A stretch of DNA of 64,000 nt from Eledone cirrhosa (GCA_964016885.1 OZ024741.1:91946001-92010000), one strand, 5' to 3'. Numbered from the stretch's first letter, positions 14,215 to 27,083 are shown. Made by a program: numbers and translations. The notes: generated by a model not told the origin, from the sequence alone.

Positions 14215-15572
14215 GTCAGATATGATGGACCCATAAATAAGGAGAAAACCAGAACTGAATACCTCAGAAGAGTAAAGAAAATATGGTCATCAGAACTGTC
14301 AGCGTACAACAAATACATTGCCCACAATACTTATGCTGTGCCAATTCTAACGCCAACATTTGGCCTGCTGAACTGGTCATTGCAAGAACTAAGTGAGATG
14401 GATGTTAGAACTCGCAAACTTCTCAGTGTTACTGGGAACTTTAACATCAATGGTTATGTGGATAGGCTATACTTCTCACGCAAAGAAGGTGGCCGGGGTC
14501 TAAAATCCATATTAACATCATATGAGACCCGGATAGTAACACTGAAGCAACACCTTCAACAGAGGAAAAAGGTTGGCAACCATCTTGCCCAGGTTTATGA
14601 GCATGAAAAAAAAATATCATTAGAATAGCCACTGGTCTGGAGGAGAGATATGGAATAAAGCCTGATATAAATCTCTCACCCAGAGAAATCGGAAGATCCT
14701 ATTCAACGTTCAAACAAGATGAAAAGATTGACCAATTTACAGAAAAAGTTGTGCATGGATACTTGAGACGTAAAACACCGACCATAGAGGGGATAAACCA
14801 CTCAAAAAGCCTGGCATGGAGTTCCGACAAGTTTATGACATCACACCTTGAGGGATATCTCTATGCAATACAGGAACAAGAACTCCCTACCAAATATCTG
14901 CTGCACAAAAGGGGAGGGCCATCAGCTGACAATAAATGTAGGTTATGTAAAACAAAGATCATTGTTGCCAGCTGCGAAAGAATGTCATCTCGCTACTACC
15001 TCCCCATGAGACACGATGGGATGGCTAGAACCATCTCGAACGCACTTCGGAAAACAAAATTAACAACAAACGAGGAAGAATATATTGAGACAGATGGCAC
15101 TAAGGAATACTGGTGGAACCTGGAAATAAAAACTGCCACCAAATTAAAGCACAACTGGCCTGATATTGTTGTTTGGGACCACACATTGAAAACGTGTTCT
15201 GTTGTGGAGATCAGCTGCCCATTTGATGTAAACGTTGTCAGAAAAATACAGGAGAAGGAGGACTTCTACGGACCATTGATGAGGAGTTTGAAAATCTAGT
15301 ATCCAAGATACACCTTTAGCTTCATACCCATCATTATTGGAGCTGCGGGTTATATACCAACCCGTTTGGACCAAAGTATGACTGAACTTGGATTTGCGGA
15401 CAAAGAGCGCAGCTCCCTAATTCATAGTCTACAAATGGCTGCGATAGCTGACACCTTCAAAATTTGCAAAACATTCTTGCGATTCAAGGGATGACAATTT
15501 CTTTTCTTTTACAACCTTGCCACCAGGAAGGTGGCCGGTCAAAAAAAATACTCGAAATTAAGAGAAAGAGAT
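14215..15572 (+). mobile_element. R4/Dong-type non-LTR retrotransposon 3' part (RT thumb + Zn knuckle remnant + restriction-like endonuclease)
   Basis: NTYAVPIL..FG..NW..EL..D.RTRKLL, VDRLYFSRKEGGRGL, CRLC..IVASC, RHD, PDIVVWD..VVEISCP..K..Y. Flanked by (TACA)n on both sides. Confidence 0.88.
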
Positions 15573-16049
15573 AACATACACACATACATACATACATACA
15601 TACAATAGCCATTTCTCTATGTATCTCTATCTATATTTCTATCACTACTAAATCATTTCTCCACAATTCTCTCTTATATATTCACGACAGCACAGCGTGT
15701 TTAAGAAATCAATCGATAGCTATGTAGATCTATTGAATGTTTTTCTCTATTTATAAGTATAACAAATCCAACAATAACTGAGCAATAAAACAAGCAGTCT
15801 CGCCATTAAAAGACTTGTTGTTAATTTGCCCTTGTTTTTAACGTTTTTGCTCTTTACTGTCTGACTGAATCCGCAGGAGAGACGTTAGAGGCTATAGCTT
15901 TAACGTTAATCGATTACCGATGACCTCTCCTTCAAAATATATTTTTAAGGAGCAATGAGCAATACGTATTATCATAACAAAATCATTGCTGAGAGTTTCA
16001 ATATTATTATCTTATGTAGGTGTGATGGTAGTGAATATATATATATATA

Positions 16050-17146
16050 CGTGGAAAAGTAAGAAATAGGAGAACAGACCGTTAATACATGTTTATTTAA
16101 AACAGCACCTACGTATGTTTCGCCCGGATGGGCTTCTCAAGGGCATAAATAACTAAAAGTGTTTCTTACATGGCCCGGAAAGTGTTTTGCGAGGTAAGTT
16201 CACGTCAGAGTTCATTCTTCGCAAAAAAGCGTATTTTGATTTTGCTGTAGGTCAAGGGGGATAACTCTGGTCGGTGTTAGGGCAGTATTTCCCGGACAAA
16301 TTTTTTATCCGTTACAAGATGTGGTTACAACCTTACCATTGTCGATACGCACATGGTCAGGTAAGCAACGTTTGTTTTGAGAGGTTTTTTCTGCACCTAC
16401 CCGCCTGGGTCGTTTGAAGCTAGGCCTGGGATGCGTGGTTAGTTTCCGGATGTTTTTTGCAGCGCATGCCCGCCGGGTGTTAAAGCTTGTTGCAGGGAGA
16501 CCCGGTATACGGTTTCACTCCTCATCCTTATCCCATCTGAAGAAGGATATTTTTAAGCGATGTGTACAGCTTATCGCCGTTTCAGCTCTGCTGTTGATGA
16601 GCTCGTGGGGTGCCGTTATGATGTGTTAGAGCTCCATGAGGCAAATATGGCACTTCCTCTTGAAGTTGTACGGTGCAGCCCTGCCGACAATATCCCAGTG
16701 CGTGGAGAAGCTTATGTTTAAGTCTTTTAATGATGTGATGTAGTCTGCGAGCGAAATGGAGTGTCTTAATTTCTTATTTTTGAAAGAGTGGAGATGTGTT
16801 CGAAATCTAATTTTGAACGGGCCAGAGGTAACCCCTATATAATGTTTAACGCTATTGTGGCTAGTTACAGTGCACCTATATATAACCCTATCAGTCAAGC
16901 AGTATCCCCTAAGGGGGCAGCGTCCCCTGTCGCGGCAGTTGCAATTTCGGTCGCGGTCCCTTCTAATTCCCACGGTAAGGCAATCATTATTGCTATCTAC
17001 GTTGTTACCTATTCTCCCGCACCTGACGCTAGCACCCTTACAACCCACTGTGCGCGGGGGTGGTACCATTATTATTCCGCACGTCATGTCCTGCATGTTC
17101 CCCAGTCATGTCGCGGTTATGTTGGTTGCGTCTGTAGAGGCTGTTG

Positions 17147-17148
<2 letters not shown>
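16050..17148 (-). mobile_element. 5'-truncated Naiad-type PLE (GIY-YIG + 3' UTR with HHR)
   Basis: CNCRDRGRCPLRGYC, VIY..YIG, CHIC..E. After an internal stop it continues LINSRAE..SCTHR to about 16515. Both ends abut (TA)n. Confidence 0.88.
16105..16145 (-). ncRNA. Hammerhead ribozyme (U3-A8) at PLE 3' end
   Basis: gccc TTGAGAA gccc atcc gggc GAAA catacg TA| ggtgc. Confidence 0.7.
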
Positions 17149-17190
<42 letters not shown>

Positions 17191-17214
17191 GCATAGTGTT
17201 AACCATAGTGTTAT

Positions 17215-17557
17215 CCCTTCCATATACTGTACCGATTGTGTTGTTATTTCTGTTCTAAGACGCATTAACATCGCATTTAAGTAAATACCAATTTGATGGC
17301 GATGTCTATACACAACGAAACATACGTTTCATATGTGTCCCATATACATACTTATAGAGATGTCACCCTGAATAGACCTGTTATTTTTATCTAAAGACAT
17401 TTTTTCCAATTCCAACCCGCCCGTCCCCTCAATCTATCTTATTTCTCATTCTTTCTTTTGATGAAGCACTAGCGTCCGAAACGTCAAAACCCTCTTCCTC
17501 CTATTTCAAGCGTTAACCTAATATATTCCTTCCATATACTGTATCGATTGTGTTGTT
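17215..17557 (+). mobile_element. Solo pLTR / retrozyme-like unit (about 313 nt plus terminal repeat); sibling at about 43800-44116
   Basis: CCTTCCATATACTGTA.CGATTGTGTTGTT at both ends; minimal HHR-like motif 17455-17489. Confidence 0.7.
17455..17489 (+). ncRNA. Minimal PLE-type hammerhead (mutated); siblings about 44016-44048 and 57474-57506
   Basis: TTGATGA a gcac tagc gtcc GAAA cg TC| aaaa; palindromic ACGT stem III. Confidence 0.5.
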
Positions 17558-17585
17558 ATTTGTGTTTACCCTTTACATACATATA

Positions 17586-17619
17586 TCTATACATATATAT
17601 AAAACTGAAATTGTGTGTG

Positions 17620-17683
<64 letters not shown>

Positions 17684-17688
17684 CGTGC

Positions 17689-17786
<98 letters not shown>

Positions 17787-19167
17787 TAATTTTTGCAAAG
17801 TCTATACAAATCCACATTTCTACTCCGATTGACTTCAAACTTGCATTTATATATTCCTTGCGGTCTAAAGATATTAACTGCAGCTTTTATTTTTCAATTT
17901 TCTGTTGTTAAAGGGGTGTTAGACGCCGGTTATCGATCTCTCTGTCTTTCTTAGTCTGTCTTTTTAGATAGATACATAGCTATAACGTCGCACCCTTATA
18001 ATATCTGTCTGTATGTCTGGCTGTCTGTATGTCTGGCTGTCTGTATTACGACATTATGACAAACATTGCTCTCATTGATCACGTATTATCTTCGCTATTT
18101 TCCGTTCATTGCCAGGGAACGTCTTCACGAACCAAAGTATCGTCTTCCTGTTTTCCTTCAGTTGCAACGTTTTTCGAAATATTTACTTCTGCGTTCACAG
18201 ATTGATTTTTTTAGTTTCAGAAGATCCCGTTAAGGGTGAAAGCACACGTTGTAAGCAATATCAATGTTACTACTGCTACATAGGACTCCCATTACCACTG
18301 AACTTTCACCTTTGCGTTCTGCATTTCCATCCGCAGGCCAACATGGAATGGTCTTCATAGTAGTCAGTTTATTGAGGGGGAAACAGAAGGGTCTAGAATT
18401 TGCCGTCAAAAAATCCATTGACAATAACGAAAACCGCTAGCATCAACGCAGAATGATACATTGTAGGTCGCTTTAAGCCGTCTTTTATTAATCAAAAACT
18501 TCTTGCCAACAAACATTAACCATTTGTGCGCCATTCATCTAACTGTAGACCAACAAATACCACCTAAACGGAGCGTTGACAAGAACGATGGCGAATGAAT
18601 CTTCGAGATAAGCAGTTTCCTCCCGAGCTGTTAGTTCACGCGAGATTCTCTGCTACACCTTTTCATAATAATATCGAACAACGTACTGCTGGTCACTCCT
18701 TCCTCCAAAAGCCGTACAAAGCGGACATGTGCATCGGGCAGATGGATCGGTTGCAAATCTACACCAGGCCTAAGCGAGAAATTCGTAAGGAGCTGCACCG
18801 AGAGGGATAGTGAGAAAGAGTAACTTAGTGGAAAGTACTTGAGGTAAGTAGCCTACGCCTTACTGCTATGACACTGGAACCTTCTGCCAACTTAACCTGT
18901 GACGTGACTTTCTCTTTCTCATTTACTCCAATAGGCCAAAACTGATTGGAAACGCCGGGGGACAACTGTCACAGAAGGAGTATGAAAAGAAGGGGCTCAA
19001 CAATATTTCTATGAACAATGCACGTAGACAGCTAAACTGTACTTTCAACAAGTTCCCTGTCGGTATATTTTCGTGAGTTTTTAACAGGCACCCACAAATA
19101 AACGTTTCTCATTGGAGGTTCTATTACCAATGTTCTTACACCCGTGCAACGCCGGGATACACTGCTA

Positions 19168-19168
<1 letters not shown>
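17586..19168 (+). mobile_element. Non-autonomous Helitron
   Basis: A|TC 5' end followed by GT microsatellite. 3' hairpin CCCGTGCAACGCCGGG then CTAG|T at 19165-19169. Confidence 0.75.
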
Positions 19169-19216
<48 letters not shown>

Positions 19217-19285
19217 AACATACATATATACATACAAACATACACGTCTGTACGTATTGCGAGAGAAGTCTATATCAGTAGAATG

Positions 19286-19345
<60 letters not shown>

Positions 19346-19522
19346 GGTGCCATCAAAATGCAAACATGTCCGTGCAGCCACAGACTCATCAGCTATACCA
19401 CGATTTAGACGTGTTTTTGTGTAGAAACTGTTAAGTCAATGTCTTAATATAAATATATTCAACGTCTACATTAAATGTTGATCTCTTTTCTCTTTCATTT
19501 GTACCCACAGCTGCCTATATAC

Positions 19523-19562
<40 letters not shown>

Positions 19563-19865
19563 GTGCGTATATACACACACGTACATATATATACACACAC
19601 AGTGGCGGACTGGGTCTAAACATTTTGGTTGCCAGGAGATGAAGGGGGCCCACCTACATATAGAATGCTATCATTTAATTTTTATAATGAATAAATAACA
19701 TTTTCGAAAAATACATAAGTGGACACAAAACAGTGAAATCAAATTTTTGCGAAAAAATATCTTCCCTTCTCCAATAAAAAAATATTATGTATTTTGCGAA
19801 ATCCAGAGACTTTCAATAATGACCAGAAGTCGACCCTAAATATTACTAATAGCTCTAGGAAAGCC

Positions 19866-20226
19866 ATGAACGACACCACATCTTTTTAATTTTGATTTTG
19901 AAAGTAGATTTATAATTATCAAGTTTCATTATGCTTTTGTAGCTGTCTCGGTGGCCTAGCTGGAGGAATCATAGACGATGGTGATCCTGGTCTGAAGTTC
20001 GATCCTAGTAGGAATCCGGGTAAACCTTTTCATTTTTTTTTCTCTGAGTTGTAAAATAAAAAGTGAAAGAGGTTACACGTACCGCTTGACCAAGATTGAA
20101 CCCAAGGTCAGGATCTCCACCGTCTCAGGTAGCTAGCACAGAGACAACTACGAAAATGTTATGAAAATTCATACTTATAAACCTACTTTCAAAATGTTCA
20201 AAACAAAGTGTTGTGGTGTCGTTCAT
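19866..20226. mobile_element. Foldback MITE with two inverted tRNA-like heads
   Basis: Terminal IR ATGAACGACACCACA/TGTGGTGTCGTTCAT. Arms remain similar inward. Box A 19952-19963, box B 19997-20005, inverse box B about 20093-20102. Confidence 0.6.
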
Positions 20227-20407
20227 ATCTTAATGTTATTGCTCCTACTTAATGTCGGCTTCTAAATCGTTTGGGTGTTTCATATACTACATCCACGTTT
20301 TGTTTCACATCAGTCTAGACTATATTTTAACCTGTAATCCATGTTTCATTTCTGTTGCACCTCATTCCCCCCTCTCCCCCCCCTCTCCCCCCCCCTCTCT
20401 CTCTCTC

Positions 20408-20445
<38 letters not shown>

Positions 20446-20514
20446 ATATTTGAATCTAGTATGATTTGGGCTTACCTCATTCCTATGTATATGTTTTTGC
20501 ATGTCAGATTCAAA

Positions 20515-20575
<61 letters not shown>

Positions 20576-20578
<3 letters not shown>

Positions 20579-22839
20579 GAAGTTTTAGTCTATTATACAA
20601 ATTAGTGTCGGATATGTTTAAATCACAGTAGATTTAAAATAAGCCGTTGAAGTATGGAAAAAAGGGAAAGAAAAGAAAAAGAGAAAAAAGAGAAAAAGAG
20701 AAAAAGTGAAAAAAAAGAGAAAAAAGAGCAAACTCTAAGAGGAAAATAAGAAAACAAGAGAAAGAGAAAGAGAAGAAAAAAGAAAAAAGAAAAAAGAAAG
20801 AGAAAGAGAAAGAGAAAGAGAAAGCCCTAAGTGATAGGTTGTTGTATTAGCGTAACTTTTAAGATGAAGTGAAAAAATAAATGTTTATTGGATGAGTTAG
20901 GAAGAGTAAATAAGCGTGAATAGAAAATAAATAAATAATAATAACTGGAGAATTTTATCCGGTGTTTAAATATGATTAAATGTTTAGTTTATCAATTAAA
21001 CTATCAATTAAATTATTGAGATCCATAGATTAAAATTGAGATCTATATATTATTAAAATCTATATATTATTAAAACTATATATTATTTAAAAAATCTATA
21101 TATTATTAAAAGAATATATTCATATATATACATACGCACACATATATATATACATATACATATATACATACATACACATACATATATATACATACAATAA
21201 AAGATTTTTTTATGTTTAAGATATAGGAATTTTTCTAAACTTATAGATTTTTCAGAGAAATCGGAGAAAATATCGGAGAAAAATCATTTCTATGTAATAG
21301 CAAAACAGCGTGAAGGAAATTAAGTTATTTACTTATATTAAATGTTATAAATGTTAAGATAATAAAGGAAATTTAAGATTATACAAACCTTATATTATTT
21401 AATAGTAAGTTATAATTTTATAAATTTTATAAATTTTATATCTAATAAATCCACCTGTTATGTAGTTGTGACTGTTATTATATAAGTTTGTTTAGCATAA
21501 ACCGTAAGAAATCCTTTATAACAGAGTGCATTTGAATTGTATGTATATATACATATACATAACCCCTACATAGATACACACACATATATATACACATACC
21601 GGTAGACATGCATCATACACATATATATATAGAGAGAGAGATAAATATAGAGAGATAAATATAAAGTACATAATATAATTAAAGTACATAATATATAAAA
21701 TAAAATAAAATGAATTATAGTTTTAAAAGGAATTACGATTTGGAAATATATTCATACAATTTTAAGCAATATAACTTTAAAGCAATATAATTTTTAAAAA
21801 TATTTTTAAATATTTTAAGATATAATTTTAAAATAAGAATATGTCTAAAAATTCAGTATAAAAATGAACTTAAATTTTTTTTATATATAATATTTAACTC
21901 TCAGTATTTTTATAACCATATGAGAAATTTTCAAAGAAAAAGAAAGAGAAACTTTCAAAAAGAGAAACTTTCAAAAATAGGAGAAACTTTCAAAGAAAAT
22001 ATTTTCCCCCTTTAAGAGCTTTCAGTATGTTTATCTAGAAAAATTTTCTAGGAAAATTTTTTTTATAATGAGAGTTTTAAACAGTCAAATGAAAGAATCT
22101 AATGATTTATGGATAGGTTCAATATATTTAATAGAATGAGTTATATATTACATTTTAAATTTATATTTAAACGTTGAATTCAATCTATGTTTGCAGCAAC
22201 TGAAAAGATTGCTTCTTACGTTCAGGGAATTTTTGCTTTTTAATATAAAGAATATTTCCTCTATAAAGATCGCAATTTTCGGAAGAGGAGTTAAATGGAG
22301 TAGCTTTTGAAATAATATTCCAAAGTAACGAATATTTAACGTTCTTTAATTTAAGGTCCCATAATAAGCTAGATAGAGAAATTGAAGATTTTTTGTTTAA
22401 ATGCGTAAAAGAGCATTTATGGTTATTAAAACGAGATTTAAAATCTGTGGAAGTAGATCCTACATAATTAAATGAATTTAAATTAGTTTTTACATTACAA
22501 TTATATACTATATTTTTAGCTAAACAATTGTTATTTAACGGACAGTTAGATTTATTTCTACAGTAGTTACATTTATCAAAATTTAAGTCACTAGGAGCTG
22601 TATTATTAAATTGAGCTGTAAATTGGATATTGCTGGGGTTATTAGTGGTATTTTGGTTAGGTTTTAAATTTCTATTAATTCTATTAATATTCTGCGCTAA
22701 ATTTTTGGTGTATGAATAAGTTAATTTTATAGTATGTCTATTAAATATTGAGTAATATCTATGTGTTCTAGGGAAGCATTTGTCAAGAGCTTTAAAGAAT
22801 AGTTTAGCAATAGGAGTTTTAATATTTAATGAGAAAGGA

Positions 22840-22841
<2 letters not shown>
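20576..22841 (-). mobile_element. AT-rich Naiad-type PLE 3' fragment (coding 22148-22841, not in the ORF track) plus long putative 3' UTR
   Basis: Manual translation from 22841: PPFSLNIKTPIAKLFFKALDKCFPRTHRYYSIFNRHTIKLTYS...CNYCRNKSNCPLNNNCLAKNIVY...YVGSTSTDFKSRFNNH...LWDLK...CDL, then a frameshift near 22262, then EEIFFILKSKNSLNVRSNLFSCCKHR...*. Bounded by (TA)n on both sides. Confidence 0.88.
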
Positions 22842-22893
<52 letters not shown>

Positions 22894-23713
22894 TGGCGGA
22901 CTAGTTGTAAACATATTGGTTGCCAGATGAAGGGGACCTGCCTAAATATAAAATGCTATCCTTTAATGTTTATAATGAATAAATACATAAGTGGAAACAA
23001 AACAGTGAAATCAAATTTTTACGGGAAAAATCTTACCTTCTCCAATAAAAATGTATTTTGCGAAATCCAGAGACTTTCAATAATGACCTTTGGTTTTTCA
23101 CACTCACTCAATTTATAGGAGGGAACATGATAATAGTACCACTGATGATGTTGCGGATTTGCAACGAAAAAAATTTGATAGACTATATATATATATATTT
23201 ATAATTTATATCTGTATTTTTAACAGTTGGTCAATCAATGATAAACATTGAATGCCAAATAAATTAATTATGGAGATATAAAAGATACAGAAAAGAAAAC
23301 CAACCAAACAGTGAGTGTGTTCTGTTATTATTTCTGGCAATAATATTACAATATCACCCTCTCAGCCAACAGCAGAGGACACGCTCCATTCCTCTCCGAC
23401 AGATAACCTCCCCCACCCCCCACCCCCCCAAAAAAAACCAGCCATTTGATGGATGCGAATCCGAAATATAGGGACAATTAAATCTCTCCAAAGGTAACTC
23501 TATTTCGTGTTATTATTTTTATTTATTACGCTCTTTCCTACGTTCCTCTACACACTATACATCACATTCTACATTCCCTTACGTCTCTCTCTTCACCACC
23601 GGATCCTGTTACCCGGAGAATTACCCATCTGCATTGTTGAGGCCTCCAAAACGACCAAAAGATAATAAATCTTATTATTCCACAATACTTCAAGCAAACT
23701 TCAATACTCTCAT

Positions 23714-23778
<65 letters not shown>

Positions 23779-23888
23779 TGTATGTATGTATGTATGTATG
23801 TATGTATGTATGTATGTATATATGTGTGTGTATGTGTGTGTGTGTGTGTGTGTATCTATATATCTATATCTATATCTATATCTCTCTC

Positions 23889-23920
<32 letters not shown>

Positions 23921-24304
23921 AAGATTTACATATATATATAAAGTCACAGATATATATATGGCAACCGGTCACGTTGTGGCTCAATGAAGAATTAATAAAT
24001 GAAATAATCAGAGCAATATATCATAAATCATGTCCCTAGAATTATTAGATAAAATATATACCATTTCCTCTCCCAATTAGCATAATTAACCATATAAAAA
24101 ATCAATTAGACCAGGCTATAAGAATAAAGGATCCTATGAAGAAATATTTGATAAATAACCGAAAGCGGCCTCTTCGCGGGGACCCTAATAGAGTATTTAC
24201 CCAACATTTCAACAGCATGTAGAAACTGACTAAATATACCGACAACCATACACAATTAAGTGTAAATTTAAACTTAGAAGAAATGTGTACATACCGTAAT
24301 TACA

Positions 24305-24381
24305 TCTCTACCATGGTTTCGTCCGTATTTTTAGATATCCTATTGTTAGGATGAATCTAGAGTAACAGACTCTTCAGGAGA
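24305..24381 (-). ncRNA. Hammerhead ribozyme with extended stem II (inverted twin)
   Basis: Reverse complement of 24776-24852. Confidence 0.82.
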
Positions 24382-24775
24382 CAAACTCTGTTGGACAGTT
24401 AATTTTCCAAATGCTAATTGGGAGATGAAATGGTATATATTTTATCTAATAATTCTAAGGACATGATTTATGATATATTGCTCTGATTATTTCATTTATT
24501 AATTCTGCATTGAGCCACAACGTGACCGGTTGCCACATATATATCTGTGACTTTATATATATATATATATGTAAATCTTTATATTTAATAATCTCCCGTT
24601 GGGTTGAGATGCAATTGGGCGATATTTGGCTGCGCTTTCTAGCAACCAGCCTGTGGCCGTAAGCAACTAATCACATTCTTTCTAACTTGACCACTGCCAC
24701 GTCACGATTCTTAGCCATTTTCGAATCTATTTTTGGCGCGATCGCTTTGGAAAATTAACTGTCCAACGGAGTTTG

Positions 24776-24852
24776 TCTCCTGAAGAGTCTGTTACTCTAG
24801 ATTCATCCTAACAATAGGATATCTAAAAATACGGACGAAACCATGGTAGAGA
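24776..24852 (+). ncRNA. Hammerhead ribozyme with extended stem II
   Basis: tctc CTGAAGA gtctgt...acggac GAAA ccatgg TA| gaga. Confidence 0.82.
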
Positions 24853-25013
24853 ATTGGTGCTCTGAAATAGCGATATATATATGAATATATATATATAGTG
24901 TATTTTGAATACACTCTATGCTTAATTAAAAGCATTTCGAAGACCTTACGCTATTGTTTTAGAGTAGTGATAGTCTCACTGACTTTAAATGTTCAGCAAA
25001 CAGGGGGAGATAA

Positions 25014-25058
25014 AGCTGACAGAGCTCTGTTTCGTACTTTTTGGTACTTATCAAAGCT
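25014..25058 (-). ncRNA. Hammerhead ribozyme, U3-A8 variant
   Basis: As above, with perfectly palindromic stem III ACAGAGCTCTGT. Confidence 0.8.
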
Positions 25059-25423
25059 AAGTACTCCATCTGTTTGCTGAAAATCATGAATGTATGATTC
25101 TTATAGAATATAAGTACCAAAAAGTACGAAACAGAGCTCTGTCAGCTTTATCTCCTCCTGTTTGCTGAAAATTTAAAGTAAGTGAGACTGTCACTTCTCT
25201 AAAACAATAGCGTAAGGTCTTCGAAATGCTTTTAATTAAGCATACAGTGTATTGCAAAATACACTATATATACATTCATATATATATCGGTATTTCAGAG
25301 CACCAATTCTAATTTTCAATTTCTGCTTGACCGGCAATCGCTCTGTATAATCAGTTCCTGATTATTACTAGAATTCTATAAGAATCAAACATTCACGAAT
25401 TTCAGCAAACAGGTGGAGTACTT

Positions 25424-25468
25424 AGCTTTGATAAGTACCAAAAAGTACGAAACAGGGCTCTGTCAGCT
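25424..25468 (+). ncRNA. Hammerhead ribozyme type I, U3-A8 variant
   Basis: agct TTGATAA gtac caaaaa gtac GAAA cagggctctg TC| agct; distal stem I 25400-25413/25478-25491. Confidence 0.8.
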
Positions 25469-25595
25469 TTATCTCCCCCTGTTTGCTGAAAATTTAAAGT
25501 AAGTGAGACTGTCACTACTCTAAAACAATAGCGTAAGGTCTTCGAAATGCTTTTAATTAAGCATACAGTGTATTGCAAAATACACTATATATACA

Positions 25596-25634
<39 letters not shown>

Positions 25635-25643
<9 letters not shown>

Positions 25644-26138
25644 CAAATATAGATTCAGCGAGAATATAAGCTTTAGGTATAATGATCGAACAAGGAATAT
25701 CACGTTATCAACAGGTATTTTGCTCCGTATCAAATTTGTGAGTGACACAGAGGCAAGTTAAACCACGTGTGGAAATCACAAGGGGAAATAACCCCAGATT
25801 TTGGCAAAAGAATTCAGTAAGTGTATACCATGCAAAAAATTGCATAAATAGCACAAATCGAATAAGTTCTCAACCGGGAGATTTTGAAAATAAACTTATA
25901 CAATTAACCTAGCAATAAAAATTATTAACAAGTTAATTGTAAGATACGAGAGATTAATACAAATATAGATTCAGCGAGAATCGCATTTCGGCGGGTAGGA
26001 AAGACGAAACGAAACGCAAAAATCATAAATGACACTGGCAAAGTGGTCAATAGTTAAAACCAGAGCCAAACAATATGTTAAGAAGCCATACAAAACTGAA
26101 AAAGTGGTCAAGAAAGCATCAACCAACTAAGCCAAAAA

Positions 26139-26140
<2 letters not shown>
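25635..26140. repeat. (TA)n-flanked unit with an internal direct repeat at about 317-nt spacing; related to 36210-36600
   Basis: AATACAAATATAGATTCAGCGAGAAT at 25640 and 25957; AGCGAGAATCGCATTTCGGCGGGTAG inverse at about 36560-36587. Confidence 0.55.
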
Positions 26141-26198
<58 letters not shown>

Positions 26199-26683
26199 GC
26201 TTGTGTGTCTGTGTCTATATATGTATGTTTGCATGCATGAATGAATACACTAAGCTTTAGATTTAGTAGAATGTACAACCACTGAATCCAGCTATTTGTA
26301 CTATCGTATATTTTGGTTTCTAGTAATTCCCTGGGGAATTGGTTGACCAAATGCTTTGCTTAATTGCTTTATTTCTTTTTTCTCTTAGATTTCAGGTATT
26401 TTTTGAAAGCAAACATTGGTCCCTCAAATACTACAGTGGGCTCTGCAATGCTACGGTGGGCTCTTACAATGCTACCATGGGGCCCATGGGGCCCACCTGC
26501 CATTGGGCAACCTGGCAACCTGGCCAGTCCGCCACTGCACACACACAAACACACATACATATACACACACACATATATTTATATATAAATAAATATATAT
26601 ATGTGTGTGTGTGTGTGTATTGTCATATTTGGGGAGGATCATGTTATCCAAATATTGCCAAAAATAATGATAAAACACTCACT

Positions 26684-26772
26684 GTTTGGTTTGATTGGGT
26701 TTGGTTTGGTTTGGTTTGATTCGGTTTGGTTTGGTTTGGTTTGGTTTAGTTTGGTTTGGTTTGGTTTGGTTT
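26684..26772. repeat. (TTTGG)n microsatellite inside an HHR-bearing element
   Basis: Directly visible; the sibling copy near 23300 has only AACCAACCAAAC. Confidence 0.9.
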
Positions 26773-27045
26773 TTCACTTCAGTATATCTTTACATTTTCA
26801 TGATTAATTTAGTTGGCAATCAATATTTATCGTTGATTGACCAACAGTTAAAAATATAAATATAACTATAATTTCTCAAAGTTCTTTCGTCATACATTTT
26901 TCTGTGACATCTTCAGTGATTTCCTCCACTTGAGTGTGTCTTATTATTATTTTTAGAAATATTAGGACAACATGACCCTCCCCAAATATAACAATATCTG
27001 TTTCAAAACACGATTTCATATCAAAAAACCTTGCAAAACAACTAC

Positions 27046-27083
<38 letters not shown>

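Larger units (their letters stand above)
23920..24852. mobile_element. Retrozyme-like unit, family B (inverted 23920-24410 plus direct 24405-24852, permuted)
   Basis: The two arms cover different permutations of one unit of about 700 nt; each carries the same HHR. Confidence 0.8.
24849..25600. mobile_element. Retrozyme-like unit, family A (about 321-nt monomer): inverted copy 24849-25110 plus about 1.5 tandem copies 25110-25600
   Basis: AGTACCAAAAAGTACGAAAC recurs at 25113 and 25434. Reverse complement lies to the left. Each unit has an HHR. Ends in (TA)n. Confidence 0.85.
19600..26537 (+). mobile_element. hAT-like non-autonomous element with nested insertions (second left end at 22891)
   Basis: TIR CAGTGGCGGACT at 19600 and 22891, inverse ending at 26537. 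Flanks tacacaca / cacacaca (7/8 match, but within microsatellite). 19600-19825 is similar to 22891-23088. Confidence 0.6.

Noticed and set aside
24849-25600. Repeats as a CRISPR array
   Set aside because: Whole-unit tandem/inverted duplications without unique spacers; eukaryotic context; no cas genes
26684-26772. Telomere-like repeat
   Set aside because: (TTTGG)n, not TTAGGG; a local expansion inside a dispersed element
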